Source: Candidatus Bathyarchaeota archaeon (lineage in GTDB: Archaea; Thermoproteota; Bathyarchaeia; 40CM-2-53-6). Taken from it: a stretch of DNA of 64,000 nt. Under the pieces are notes generated by a model. The model was not told where the DNA came from. It saw only the letters and a program-made list of their open reading frames with translations, and did not search any database. A program made the translations under genes and the position numbers. Shown here piece by piece: positions 18,437 to 29,110 of this stretch. The stretch is taken from assembly GCA_963733055.1 (NCBI GenBank), contig CAVTBR010000001.1:1472001-1536000 (forward strand). Direction: 5' to 3'. Numbering within the stretch: position 1 is the stretch's first letter; each line of letters opens with the position of its first letter.

Positions 18437-20123
18437 TTATGGTAAAGTCACTGGTGAGAAAGACAAGGCGGGGTCCCCATAGAGGATCATTGCGGCCCAC
18501 GAAACGTCTCCCTCTCTTTTGCTTTCATTGAAAACCTTCTCTCTCGCAGCGCGCATTGCCTCCCCGACTGATACTCCTTCAATGATGTTCTCATAGAAGG
18601 TTGATGCTAACATGGCGGCCCGCGAATCCCGGACCTCCCACAGAGAACCGACGAAGCACATCACTCCTCCATCAATCAGAGTCTTGGCGAAATCCGCTTC
18701 GGATTTCTCAGATTTCTTGGATTTCTTAAGTTCTTGGCTTCCTTCACGTGCAGAGGAGCACGCGTTTCGCGAAAAATATCACTGGTGGATTCTCGCCGAG
18801 AGATTGCGCGATTTCGCTCCGGTAGCATGGAATCCAGCCCTCTCCGAACTCTTTGGGAAACATCAAGTAGCTATTCTCTGGCTTGTGAGCGTCAAAGTGG
18901 CCGTGACCTGCAAAGTGAACGACGTCAAAAACCCCAGTATCCAATGCTGAGAGGAATCTCATCTTCGTCGCTTCAGACTGTTCCCAGACTGTGATATCTA
19001 TCTTCGACCTCGTTCGACCACTCTTCAATGCACTTTCTATCAACTTGACCTCCGTGAGCGCCTCTGGGAGATTACTGGTAGGGTCGGCGATGAATAGGAG
19101 TTTGACTCTGTCTCTTTGAACTCTGGGTTTGGTCTTCTTAGCACCCTTGCCTAAAATTAGTCGGCCAATAGCATATCTAGTCCCAAGAAAATGTTCACCG
19201 TCGTTAAGCAGTTCCCAGGGCAAATGGAACAACTCTGGTGTCGCTGTTACGCGCAAGTGACCACTGCCTTGCTTGAGCTCTTCTCTGACTGTCTTCGGAA
19301 GAAGGAGGAACATGTCTTTGCCTACCTTTTCTAATCGCGAGAGCGCGTGGGGGTGAATTTGAGCATCGTGAAGACTTCGCACACCAGGATCAGAATAAGT
19401 GTGCAAGTGCAAATCTTGGAGTAGGACCTGCCATGTCTGTGGTTCAAGTCTGACATCTGCGGTGAATTGGTTGACCACGACATCAATTGTAGCAGTGGCT
19501 TCTGATCTCTGCAGCACTAGTGCGAAATTGTAGAGGGGCGCTTTTGCGGCAGGAGTGAGTGTGATATTTGTGACACTCAACGGTTGATGATCTGCTCCTA
19601 GCACGGTTATATCGGGGCGCGTTACCATGCTGCCAAGGTAATTCTGCGGGTTCTTTGAGACCTCTTCTAGCGCTTTGCAGAACCAATCCATTGTAGTTTG
19701 AACTGCTCGATCAATTCTGGCACGAAGTTTCTTGATCACCGTCTCAATGACAGGATTGGCATCCACTCTGGCGATTCCTCTGAGGATCATGTCACCACTC
19801 GCCATTTTCATCACGATATGGTCGACCTCCACCGCCCGAACGCTCCAAAGTCCGAGTTTTGCGTTTACAAGCCACTTAACAGTAAACTCACTCTCGGATT
19901 CCTCCGTAGCCAAATATCGAAAATCTACATGTATTCCTTCGAGTTCACACTCGAATCGTTTATCCTCAGGAGAGCCAATCGGCTTGAATCCTTTCGCTTC
20001 GCCGCAAGCGACGCCCGCCTTGTCCAAAATATCTAAACGACCGCGTCCCAGCACTTGCTTTGTAATGTCAAAATCTGCCTTCAGTTTGCGTGGTGTGTCA
20101 ACTAACGGGTACTTAGATCCCAA
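18437..20123 (-). pseudogene. Second SRPBCC-like/CHAT protease, frameshifted at ~18766
   Basis: LPWELL, IADPTSNLPEA, VHFAGHG; removing one A gives IFFANACSS...FVGSLWEV...WAAMILYGDP. Confidence 0.8.
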
Positions 20124-20384
20124 GAGTGTGAGCCTGAACTATCCTAGCGATAGTTTGTATCCGGTTAGAAAGCTTTCTTTCCGTCATCCGCTTTCGGTTG
20201 TTTCAAGCTAGTCTCGTCTCTGAAAGAGAATAGATGCGACATTGAGGAGACAACGGCGAACACTATCAAAAACACTGCATCCCCAATACCAACTAAGGGA
20301 TTTCGAGTGGGAACTCTCGGAGGTAAACGAATCGGAGTGAGTGGTCGGTTGGTCTTGGATTATGGCTATGGACTCTGGCCTGGC

Positions 20385-20588
20385 TCTTCAACGTCAGAGA
20401 GGGTTTCTCCAAGAAAAGACGACATAATCCCACCACGAATGCACCTAGACCCTCTGCCCGACGGCAACTCGAAAGGGAAGGTAGTCACCACGGCAGACTT
20501 TGAGCAGATGCTCACAGAATACTACAACGTCTGGGGATGGGACGACCAAGGAAGCCCAAGGCGTCGACAATTCACGAACTCGGGCTAA
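20385..20588 (+). pseudogene. Aldehyde:ferredoxin oxidoreductase C-terminal fragment
   Basis: FNVREG/..KDDIIPPRM..PLPDGNSKG...FEQMLTEYYNVWGWDDQG.P. Confidence 0.7.
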
Positions 20589-20673
20589 CCGGATTGGTAA
20601 CATAACACTAGGTACGCTAATAACTGCAAGTCACTATCGCTAACTCCGCCTAGACGTCGATTCTTCATCCGCA

Positions 20674-22092
20674 TTAGTAGTTCTTGGGCACTCCGTACAA
20701 CTTACCCAGGAAGCTGGTGTCGATTGTTCGACTGGCGTACACGGCGAGGGCGAGGGACCAGAGTCGGTCGTCGTGGGTTCCGTCCGGGTGGCTGAATTGT
20801 AACTGGCCGGTTTTTGTTGTTTGGAAGGTTTCTACGTTGATTTCTGCGATTAGATCTGCGTCATAATATAGAGCGAGGCCTTTGGTCTGCATGAGTTGTT
20901 TCATGTGGCTGAGCATCTCCTGCTTGGACGGCAGGGTCAAGGTAATCCCTTCGATGGTAGATCGTATTCGGGCTTCTTTCATATCTTCGACTATATATTC
21001 TCCGACGCCAGTTTGATCGCAAAACGTCTTCTCGACTCTATTCAGTTTGTCGCAGATGATCTTCACATATCCGATTACGCTAGCGTAGGGTGTCTCGAGA
21101 TCAAAGCGGACTATTCCCGCTACCTTGACAAGGTCTTGGTCTAGCTGAACGACTGCGACCACCGAGTGGTCGTTGTGTTTGCCGAAATCGAGGCCGACGA
21201 AGTATCGGCCCATCTTTGCCCTAATAGTCTTGGTCCAGTCGTCGGTTAAGGGGCTCAGGTCGCTGTCGATGCATTGGGTGATTAGTTTCATGGGGAAGTA
21301 GGATGTTTGGTCGTCGACGAATTCGGCTAAGTATTCGCGTCGGTAGCGTTCAGCTGGCGTTCGTTTCTCCATCTCTTGAATGAACTCGCGCGTGGTCAGC
21401 CCAGCCTTGATTACGTCATCAATCGTCACCCTGTGCACTCTGAAGGTGGAATCTCGCGTGAACTTGTAGAAGACCGAGTCTTTGCTCCAGGGGGTTGAGC
21501 TTGCGATCAGCGTCCCATTGGTTGTTTGGAGCATAGGGAAGAGGACGTTGTAGAAGACGGTTTGGTCGTCGGCGAAGAATGAGGCTTCATCGGCGACGAG
21601 TAAGTTTGCCGCGTACCCCCGAAGCAAATTTACTGAGCAGGGTAGCGCGACGAGCTTCGAACCGTTCTTCAGGCTAATGGTGGTGCGTTTGATTTGTTGA
21701 AATCGTTCGCGGCGTCGTCGGGTGGGTATGAGTGAGATTTGTTCTTGGATGCGGTCCATTACGATCATTGATTGTCGGAGGCCGGGGGCGACTATGAGGC
21801 TGGTTGTGTTTGGGTTCGTGAGGGCGTAGTGGATCATGCGTATGGCGAGGGTGGTTGTCTTGCCGGATTGGCGGGGGAAGACGACGACGATTCGTTTGCT
21901 GGGGTCGGTTAGTAGTTTGGCTTGGTAGGGGGTCGGCTGGAAGCTTAGCCATTCGGTCGCGAATTTGACAGGGTCGGAGGGAACGGTTTCGGGTTTTGCG
22001 GCCGGTAGGTGACGGCTACGTTTCTCTGCTTCCTGAAGCGTTTTCTTGCCCTTTCTGATCAGTTTGTTTAAGCTGTTCTTTGAGCTGCTCAA
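20674..22092 (-). CDS. Terminase large subunit-like protein (ATPase plus RNase H-like nuclease)
   Basis: PTPYQ, PRQSGKT Walker A, LVADEA Walker B, SSTP, REYLAEF, GLDFGKHND, HDDRLWSLALA. Confidence 0.9.
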   Translation of the reverse strand: MSSSKNSLNKLIRKGKKTLQEAEKRSRHLPAAKPETVPSDPVKFATEWLSFQPTPYQAKLLTDPSKRIVVVFPRQSGKTTTLAIRMIHYALTNPNTTSLIVAPGLRQSMIVMDRIQEQISLIPTRRRRERFQQIKRTTISLKNGSKLVALPCSVNLLRGYAANLLVADEASFFADDQTVFYNVLFPMLQTTNGTLIASSTPWSKDSVFYKFTRDSTFRVHRVTIDDVIKAGLTTREFIQEMEKRTPAERYRREYLAEFVDDQTSYFPMKLITQCIDSDLSPLTDDWTKTIRAKMGRYFVGLDFGKHNDHSVVAVVQLDQDLVKVAGIVRFDLETPYASVIGYVKIICDKLNRVEKTFCDQTGVGEYIVEDMKEARIRSTIEGITLTLPSKQEMLSHMKQLMQTKGLALYYDADLIAEINVETFQTTKTGQLQFSHPDGTHDDRLWSLALAVYASRTIDTSFLGKLYGVPKNY

Positions 22093-22273
22093 TTAGTTGA
22101 TTCAACTCGTCCACGTGGGGTTGGATGTAGGCTCGTTCGTAACCCGCTAAGATCGCTTCCCCTGCTCGCGATAGGGCGCTGGCGGCTTTCATGGCGTCTA
22201 TTCGGGACCCAGCCTTCTCCGCCAACGCCTCGTTCTCACTCAACTCCTGAGCCTCCTTCAACATGCCAACCAC
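22016..22273 (-). CDS. Small helical protein upstream of terminase (possible small subunit)
   Basis: 85-aa helical ORF overlapping the TerL start; positional inference. Confidence 0.4.
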   Translation of the reverse strand: MVGMLKEAQELSENEALAEKAGSRIDAMKAASALSRAGEAILAGYERAYIQPHVDELNQLIEQLKEQLKQTDQKGQENASGSRET

Positions 22274-22703
22274 AATCCAGTACAGCCCCTCGCAGTTCCT
22301 TCACCGAGTCAACCCGTCGCGGCCGCGGGGGCTCCTTTTCCTCCTCTTCACGCCTCTCCTCCCGTTCCCCCGGGATTCGCACGGACCCCGCAATCCGCAC
22401 CCCACCCTCCGACCCTGGCATGGTCCCTTCCGCCGGAAGCACCGCTACCCTGAGCTGAAGCTGCTTCGACAACAAATCCAGCCGCCCAAGGGTGTGGCTC
22501 ACCCTTTGAGAGGGGGTGTGGCTCACCCTCTCAAACATCCACTCAGCCAAAACCTCACGCACAAGCTTCGCGACCGTGGTTCGGCGGGCCACAGCATACG
22601 CCTCAAGAAACCGTTTCAGCACCGGATCCATACGGGTTCTAACAAGCGGGTTACCCTTACCCGGCAGAGCAAGCCACCTCCAAACCTTCCGAAAGCACAT
22701 CAA
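22236..22703 (-). CDS. Ribbon-helix-helix-containing protein
   Basis: LVRTRMDPVLKRFLEAYA...TTVAKLVREVLAEW; internal 16-bp direct repeat GGGTGTGGCTCACCCT. Confidence 0.5.
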   Translation of the reverse strand: MMCFRKVWRWLALPGKGNPLVRTRMDPVLKRFLEAYAVARRTTVAKLVREVLAEWMFERVSHTPSQRVSHTLGRLDLLSKQLQLRVAVLPAEGTMPGSEGGVRIAGSVRIPGEREERREEEEKEPPRPRRVDSVKELRGAVLDCGWHVEGGSGVE

Positions 22704-22854
22704 TCAGCATAAGACTGGAGGAATCGAGGGATTAGATGGTGACGAGTTCCTCCCTGTTAGAGAGTGGTGAGGAAAACTATGCGACTAGAATGTGGGGGTT
22801 CTAGGGGTGGGGAATAATTATGGGATAGTACGCAGGTGCTGTTTCGTGTAGGGG

Positions 22855-24010
22855 ATGCTGCGTAAGCATTTTGTTTTGATGGTTGCTACATTATCTTTTG
22901 TCATGCTTGGTCTGGGGCTGTTTGGTTATCCGCCAATATCCAGGTACGTCATCCTGGATCTCAATCTCTCGCATACTGAGTCTGGGTATATCACTTCGGT
23001 CTTCGCGCTCACGTTCGCTTTGATGCAGGTGCCTGGCGGGTACTTGGCTGATAGGTTTGGGGGAGCCAAGACTCTCATGGTCTTCGCGGCGGTGGTGGGT
23101 GTGTCTCCCTTCATCTTCATCGTAGGGGATAGTTTTGTGATGGCCCTGGTCTTTCGTGCTCTGGCTGGCGGTGCGTGTGGTGTAACGTTTCCTTCCGCAG
23201 TTCGTGTCCTCTCATCCTGGTTCTCGGAGAGGGAGGTGGGTTCGGCTATGAGCGTTTTTGGGTTGGGTTATGGGATGTCCCAGATCGTTTCTTCCGCGTT
23301 CTTACCCTTACTGATTCTGGGCGCAGGATTGGAGGCCTCCCCTCATCTTTACCGCGCTGTTTTCTCTTCTCGTGATGGCGTTAGCCGTCTTTCCTGCTCG
23401 GTGGTCTTCTCCGATTGAGTCTTCGGTAAGTGTGAAGGTTGATGTTAGGGGGTTATTTACGCGTAATATGGTCGCTCTGGTTCTTCCTAATTTTGCCTCG
23501 CTCGCAGTAGTGGTGGGTATCTTTGCGTGGACGCCAGCATTTCTTACTTCGATTTTACATCTGTCGGATGAGTATGCTGGAATCATTCTGGGGTCGATCG
23601 GTGTGGCTAACATGTTGGGCGCCTATGCGGGCGGCTTGGCGAATAAGTGGTTGGGAAAGCGTCGGACCATTGCCCTGTCCATGATCCTAATGACGGGTTT
23701 CGCTGTGTTGTTGGGTACGGCAAATTCAGGTTTGGTTGCCGCGGTGTGGATTTCAGGCATTGGTTTCACGAGCATGTTGTATTTCGCAGCGGTCTTTGGC
23801 TTGATTCCTTACGCAGCGAAGCAGGGTCGTTCAGTAGCCGGCATAAGTTTTGGTGTCTTCAACATGTTGAGCAACATCGGGACCTTTGTCTCGCCAATTA
23901 TCGGGGGGTATATCTTAGACTCGACCGGGAATTTCTTCTTAGGATTTGCCTCAATAGGAAGCATCGGGGTTCTCGGAGTGCTCGGAGCAATAGTTCTCCG
24001 CACAGACTAG
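22855..24010 (+). pseudogene. MFS transporter split by a frameshift at ~23325
   Basis: GGYLADRFGG motif, WFSEREVG; continues as WRPPLIFTALFSLLV into ORF 23372-24010. Confidence 0.8.
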
Positions 24011-24036
24011 ATTTCTCGCTGTTGGAAGCCTTGCCT

Positions 24037-24621
24037 CTACGTAGTCTTGTCTGATTCGTATGTTATCAGGGTCTTTTCTTCAAGTGTGTCTTGCAGTTTT
24101 GAGATAGCTCTGTGAACCTCCGCCTCTTTCTTGGCGCCGGTACAAACGAGTTTTCCGCTTGAGAAGATTAGTATGACTGTTTTGGGGTCGTCCATTCGGT
24201 AGATAAGGCCGGGGAATTGTTCGGGTTCATACATGGTGCGTTTCAGTGAGTAGGTTGCCTTTTCCAAATCAATATGGCCGCCTAAACCTACCGACGCTAC
24301 CATATTCTGAATCTGAATCTCAGGCTTACCCAGAATGACGATCCCGTTACGGTTGAGCTCGTCCACAACCTTCATGACGGCCTTGCGAGCCTGCCGCTCC
24401 GACTTCGCCCCCGTGCAGACCATTTTACCCGAGCTGAAGATCAAGGTGGTGGCCTTCGGCTTCTTCAATCGATATACTAAACCAGGAAATTGTTCAGGCC
24501 GATACTCAACGCCAGGGAACACGCGCACAATAGAGTTCAGGTCAATATTCTGATGGAGCGTACCTGTCGCGACCACATTCTCGATGTTGATGAACGTTCT
24601 CCTTCCGACGCGAGATGCCAC
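24037..24621 (-). CDS. tbp: TATA-box-binding protein
   Basis: Two repeats of NVVA...YxPEQFPGLxYR...LIFSSGKxVCTGAK. Confidence 0.97.
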   Translation of the reverse strand: MASRVGRRTFINIENVVATGTLHQNIDLNSIVRVFPGVEYRPEQFPGLVYRLKKPKATTLIFSSGKMVCTGAKSERQARKAVMKVVDELNRNGIVILGKPEIQIQNMVASVGLGGHIDLEKATYSLKRTMYEPEQFPGLIYRMDDPKTVILIFSSGKLVCTGAKKEAEVHRAISKLQDTLEEKTLITYESDKTT

Positions 24622-24651
24622 TCCAAAAACCCTTGATAAATGCCTGAAGGC

Positions 24652-24837
24652 TTACCACATATAAGCCCTAAGCCTAGAGAAGCCGAAGTCTTTGAATTCA
24701 GAATCCTCAACTAGACCGTCCATTAGATAATCGGTCTTTGTCTCCTCCTCGAGCAGTCGCATGGCGGTTCTGATGTCCAGCGGACAGCCGCACCGCGAGC
24801 AGAAAACACTAGCAAATGAATTTGACTCTTGACGAGG
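24652..24837 (-). pseudogene. C-terminal remnant of an archaeal tyrosine integrase (zinc-ribbon tail)
   Basis: PRQESNSFASVFCSRCGCPLDIRTAMRLLEEE..DYLMDGLVEDSEFK resembles integrase C-termini; no start or catalytic domain. Confidence 0.55.
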
Positions 24838-24948
24838 TTCCCGTCGTCGTGGTCTAATGGCGCGGGGACCTGAAACCGAACCATCCTCTTTGAGGCGTTT
24901 TAATGCTGACTTCCGGTTAGCCCATATTGGCGGAGTGGTATACGACCG

Positions 24949-25320
24949 GTGCTGATTTTCTTGGAGATTCCAGTTACAATCTACACGCTAAATCATCGAT
25001 TGATTTACGATTTACTTGGAGAGAGTAGGGGGAGGCTGGGGACGAGGAAGCAATTGACAGGTGACTTGGCTGTTAGGTACGACGGCGCCAAAATTAGAAC
25101 AGCTTTCGGACTCGCTGAAATGGTTCAGATAACGTTGATCGTTGCCGAGGATATCACTGATAGAGTTGGGGCGAGTCTTATCGTCGATTGGTTGCTCAAG
25201 AATCTTAACACGAAGGAAGCTCAAGTAACCAAATTAGAAATCGACAAGGTTGCCGTGGAACTTGACGAAGACGAGATCAAGAAAGTCGTGTTGGAGAAAA
25301 TCACAAAGACAAGCCAGTAA
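24949..25320 (+). CDS. Hypothetical protein
   Basis: 123-aa ORF with natural composition. Confidence 0.55.
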   Translation: MLIFLEIPVTIYTLNHRLIYDLLGESRGRLGTRKQLTGDLAVRYDGAKIRTAFGLAEMVQITLIVAEDITDRVGASLIVDWLLKNLNTKEAQVTKLEIDKVAVELDEDEIKKVVLEKITKTSQ

Positions 25321-25370
25321 ACTTTCTGCCTCTGACAACCGAGCAAAAGTAGATTAGTTTCTTCAGGAAA

Positions 25371-25556
25371 TTGGGTTTGGTTCTCAGCTTGTTTGTTGCT
25401 GTCTTCCTCATATCGATTGGCATCTACCCGTCCGCTGAAGGATTTTTGAACATCCTGTATTGGCGTCCTTCCCATCCGCCCTGGCTGTTCCAGGCCGGGA
25501 GAGTCCTGCGCGGGTTAATCGGCGTTAGCATGATGATTGTAGGTCTTATGCACTAA
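25371..25556 (+). CDS. Small 2-TM membrane protein
   Basis: Two hydrophobic segments; 11 bp upstream of the UbiA-family gene. Confidence 0.5.
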   Translation: MGLVLSLFVAVFLISIGIYPSAEGFLNILYWRPSHPPWLFQAGRVLRGLIGVSMMIVGLMH

Positions 25557-25567
25557 GGCGTCATCTA

Positions 25568-26470
25568 GTGGACAACGTCAAGGTTGGACTCGAGCGGTTC
25601 TATGAAGCAAATTATTTCGTGCGAAACGCGTTTGTGCGAATCGTAAGATTCCATGAGTACGGACCGTGCTACTTGGTTTCTGCCTTGGCTTGTGCATTCG
25701 TGGCCAGATTTCCTGTCGATAGCAAAATTCTGCCCGTGCTTTTCTTCGTTGCAGCCTCTTCCATTTTTGGTTTTGTGATTAACGACATTGCCGATGCAGG
25801 ACTTGACAAAAGAGCTGGCAAACCAAGGAACCCTGTAGCCTCGGGTGAATTGTCGGCGGCTGCGGCTTGGGCCTTCGTAGTAGTTCTCTTGGGCGTGGCG
25901 ACTCTATCCATCTATCTGCTTAATTTTCTGAATAGGTTGCTTGGGATCCTGGTGATTTTGCTGTTTGGTGGCTATTCTTTCGGTCTAAGGATAAAGGCTA
26001 GGCCTGGTCTTGATGTTGTCTCCCACGCTTCCTGGAATGCAACATATGGAGTAATGGCTTACTCCGTTTATCGTCCGCTTGATTTCGTGGGAGCGGGGCT
26101 GACGGGTATCCTCTTCCTATTGTCCATGTTGGCAGAGCTTGTCAATCAGATTAGAGATCATGATTCGGACAGAGACATGATAAGGACAACCGTGACGTTG
26201 ATTGGCAAGAAGAGAGCGCTGAAGGGATGTGTTGTACTCCTTTTCTTGGTCCTCGCGTTATTTGTCAGCGTTGTGTTAATTAGCGGACTTCCTTGGATTC
26301 TCCTCGCTTTCTCGCCCTCCATCATATTCCTTCTCGTGCCCATATTCGACGCACTGCGGTGTGAGCAAAAGGAGCAGGCACTAATGCCCTCGTTCGTGAT
26401 GAGGGGCACTGTAATCGGACTGCTCTTGTTCGTCACCTATGTCGCTGTAAAGATCGCCGGTGCCGGCTGA
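25568..26470 (+). CDS. UbiA prenyltransferase family protein
   Basis: INDIADAGLDK...RNPVASG and NQIRDHDSD Asp-rich motifs; multiple TM helices. Confidence 0.85.
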   Translation: MDNVKVGLERFYEANYFVRNAFVRIVRFHEYGPCYLVSALACAFVARFPVDSKILPVLFFVAASSIFGFVINDIADAGLDKRAGKPRNPVASGELSAAAAWAFVVVLLGVATLSIYLLNFLNRLLGILVILLFGGYSFGLRIKARPGLDVVSHASWNATYGVMAYSVYRPLDFVGAGLTGILFLLSMLAELVNQIRDHDSDRDMIRTTVTLIGKKRALKGCVVLLFLVLALFVSVVLISGLPWILLAFSPSIIFLLVPIFDALRCEQKEQALMPSFVMRGTVIGLLLFVTYVAVKIAGAG

Positions 26471-26631
26471 TTAGGTCAAATCGTCAAAATTGTGTGTGTG
26501 GTATAGTTGGTGCGCGTACACACACTTCGCCGCGCCCCTTCGTGGCGAAATGGTAGGATGTGTTTGCTCATTTTATGGTAGTATAGAAGTATAGGATACT
26601 GGTCGCTACAGTATTTCATGAATGCGCGGCG

Positions 26632-27942
26632 TCAGCGGCGCGAATGTCGATAGTTTGAAGGGCGGTGGTGCCTTGGGTATCGTGATCTTCCCGCAAATTC
26701 GCGACGAGTTTCACCAACAGATATCCATGGTTCCTCTCTCCCACCAGTGAATACGCCTGGGCCAGAGGTGAAGCTAAGTTGCTCAATGCGGTCGTCTGCC
26801 ATTGATTGTATTGCTCGAAAGTCGCTATTTTGCTCGGCGGATACTATCGTCACTGCGGTTCCCGTCTTGCCCGCTCGTCCAGTTCGGCCAATCCTGTGGA
26901 AGTAGGTATACGGGTTCTCAGGAACATCATAGTTGATAATGTGTGTAACTCCGTCAATATCCAAGCCTCTTCCAGCTAGGTCGGTGGCAACTAGGATACG
27001 GCTTTGACCGCTTCGAAACGCCTTCATTGCTCCATCGCGTTGATGTTGCGAGAGGTCACCGTTCAGCGCTGTTGCATCCTGATTTCTTCTCCGGAGTGAA
27101 TGGTTCAACCAAAATGTGTTCCGTTTGGTTCGACAGAAAACTATGGCACGATGCACTTCTTTGTCCTGCAGAATTCTCAGCAGCGCATCAAGTTTTCTTT
27201 CCCGGTCCACATGGTAATAGTATTGGCTGATCTCCCTGACGTTGAGATCCTCCGGTTCGATCAGAACTTCGCGAGGATTCTTCATATGTCTACGGGCAAG
27301 TTTCAGTACATCCTTGGGCATCGTTGCGGAGAAGAACGCGATTTGACGTTTACTTCTAGTCTTAGTTAGAATATGCTCAACGTCACGAATGAAACCCATG
27401 TCCAGCAACCTGTCAGCCTCATCCAAAACAACGTACTGGACTTTGTCAAGGTGAATGGATCCGCGTTCCATATGATCGATGACTCGCCCGGGAGTTCCAA
27501 CTATAATCTGTGGGCAATCCTCCAACGCGCGGATTTGAACATTAATTGATTGGCCACCATAGATCGCGAGGGCACGCTTGCGGGTGAATCTGCCATACGA
27601 GTTAATGTCGCGTGCTACTTGTACCGCAAGCTCGCGGGTTGGAACTAGCACCAGCGCCTGAATATTCAGATTCTTTTCGTCAACGATCTCTAGGAGCGGT
27701 AGCCCGAAGGCTGCGGTCTTTCCAGTTCCGGTATGGGCTTGACCAATCACATCGATTCCGTGCTGCAGAAGCGGAATCGTTGCTTCTTGGATCGGAAACT
27801 GTCGCTCGAACCCAAGTGCCTTGATAGCATCCAATATTTCTGGGCTTAAACCCAGTTTCTCGAAAGTACTCGTAGGTTTTTTCTCCTCATCTTCCACGTC
27901 GCGGGTCCAAGATCTAGACCGAAGACTGGTTCCGTCATTCAC
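26632..27942 (-). CDS. DEAD-box RNA helicase (DeaD/CshA-like)
   Basis: Q motif, AHTGTGKT, PTRELA, TPGR, DEAD, SAT, RGLD, HRIGRTGR. Confidence 0.95.
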   Translation of the reverse strand: MNDGTSLRSRSWTRDVEDEEKKPTSTFEKLGLSPEILDAIKALGFERQFPIQEATIPLLQHGIDVIGQAHTGTGKTAAFGLPLLEIVDEKNLNIQALVLVPTRELAVQVARDINSYGRFTRKRALAIYGGQSINVQIRALEDCPQIIVGTPGRVIDHMERGSIHLDKVQYVVLDEADRLLDMGFIRDVEHILTKTRSKRQIAFFSATMPKDVLKLARRHMKNPREVLIEPEDLNVREISQYYYHVDRERKLDALLRILQDKEVHRAIVFCRTKRNTFWLNHSLRRRNQDATALNGDLSQHQRDGAMKAFRSGQSRILVATDLAGRGLDIDGVTHIINYDVPENPYTYFHRIGRTGRAGKTGTAVTIVSAEQNSDFRAIQSMADDRIEQLSFTSGPGVFTGGREEPWISVGETRREFAGRSRYPRHHRPSNYRHSRR

Positions 27943-28277
27943 TTATCGTCGGAACGAGATTTCGGTTGTTTCCTCAGACTTCGGCGACTTCGATCAGTTG
28001 CAGCAAGAAGAAGAACATGCGGTCAATCGTTGCAAATGACTCGTACCTCTCGTTCTCGACAACCAACTTTGTGCATTCTCGCCTTGGTTCAATATAAGGA
28101 TGGATTGGGATAGAAAGTAATGCCTTCTCTATGTCTCAGCCAGTACCACGGTAACATGTTCAAACGCTGGTGACGCTCGAATAAATTGAGTCCTCCTTGT
28201 TCACGGCCCCGCTATTCCAACGCATAGGTTAATCCATCTTAGCAGGGTTCGAATCGACGAGTAGGATCGGATCAGAA

Positions 28278-29084
28278 TTGCAAAACGGAACCACCGACTT
28301 GGCCCCGGGTCGTTTTAATTCTTCTGAATTCGGTCCCGGCAAGAACCTCGCGCAATTCGTACTCAAACTTAGGAATGAACCTGGAATTCTAGAATCGCTA
28401 TCGGCGATCGCTACAAGAAACAGGGTCAACGTCCTCTCCGGCTCCCACACCGCACCCCCAAATTCAGACCACGCTTCCTGGAGCTTCTTCGCCGACATGA
28501 CCAATTCGAAACAGTCAGCTGAAGGGCTTGCGAAGGAATTCTCTTCGCTCCCAGGTACGTTGGATGTGAGATTCAAAACTGCAACGACGCTTATCGTCGA
28601 CACGTTTCATTTCCCCCTCTATGCTGGCGGCCAACAGGTCATGGTATTGGCGACTCGTTCACTCGCGGCCATATTCCAACGAGTAAAGGACTTGCTGGGA
28701 GCAGGGCCGGCTACGAGCGTATTATTGCATCAGATTGGCCAAGCAACCGGAAAGACAAATTACGAAATAATGCTGTCCAAGCTCGGTCGAGAGAATTTGT
28801 TGGGTTCCACTTCAGAGGTCGCGGGCCTATGGTCCGCGGCAGGCTGGGGAAGGCAACGAATACTAGACCTGGACTTAGAGGGGATGACGGCAAGAATCGA
28901 GATTCAAGGTAACTTCGAATGCAGCTCATACGGAAACGGATCCGAAACCCCACAAAGCCAATTCGTACGTGGATGCCTCGACGGGTATTGGTCAGCCTTC
29001 TTCGGGAAGAGAATCAATGTGGAGGAAACGCGATGCGTTGCGAAAGGTGACGCAGCCTGTGAGTTCCTCCTCACCCCCACATGA
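28278..29084 (+). CDS. ACT plus V4R domain protein
   Basis: LRNEPGIL ACT motif; AAGWG...FEC...FVRG.LDG...VEETRCVAKGDAACEF V4R motif. Confidence 0.8.
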   Translation: MQNGTTDLAPGRFNSSEFGPGKNLAQFVLKLRNEPGILESLSAIATRNRVNVLSGSHTAPPNSDHASWSFFADMTNSKQSAEGLAKEFSSLPGTLDVRFKTATTLIVDTFHFPLYAGGQQVMVLATRSLAAIFQRVKDLLGAGPATSVLLHQIGQATGKTNYEIMLSKLGRENLLGSTSEVAGLWSAAGWGRQRILDLDLEGMTARIEIQGNFECSSYGNGSETPQSQFVRGCLDGYWSAFFGKRINVEETRCVAKGDAACEFLLTPT

Positions 29085-29110
29085 CCCGGGCATCTGCATC
29101 GGGGTGTGCG

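Noticed and set aside
7636-29076. V4R repeat pair as the TR/VR of a diversity-generating retroelement
   Set aside because: Mismatches are not adenine-specific (several C/T changes and an indel, mostly third-position) and no reverse transcriptase is present.
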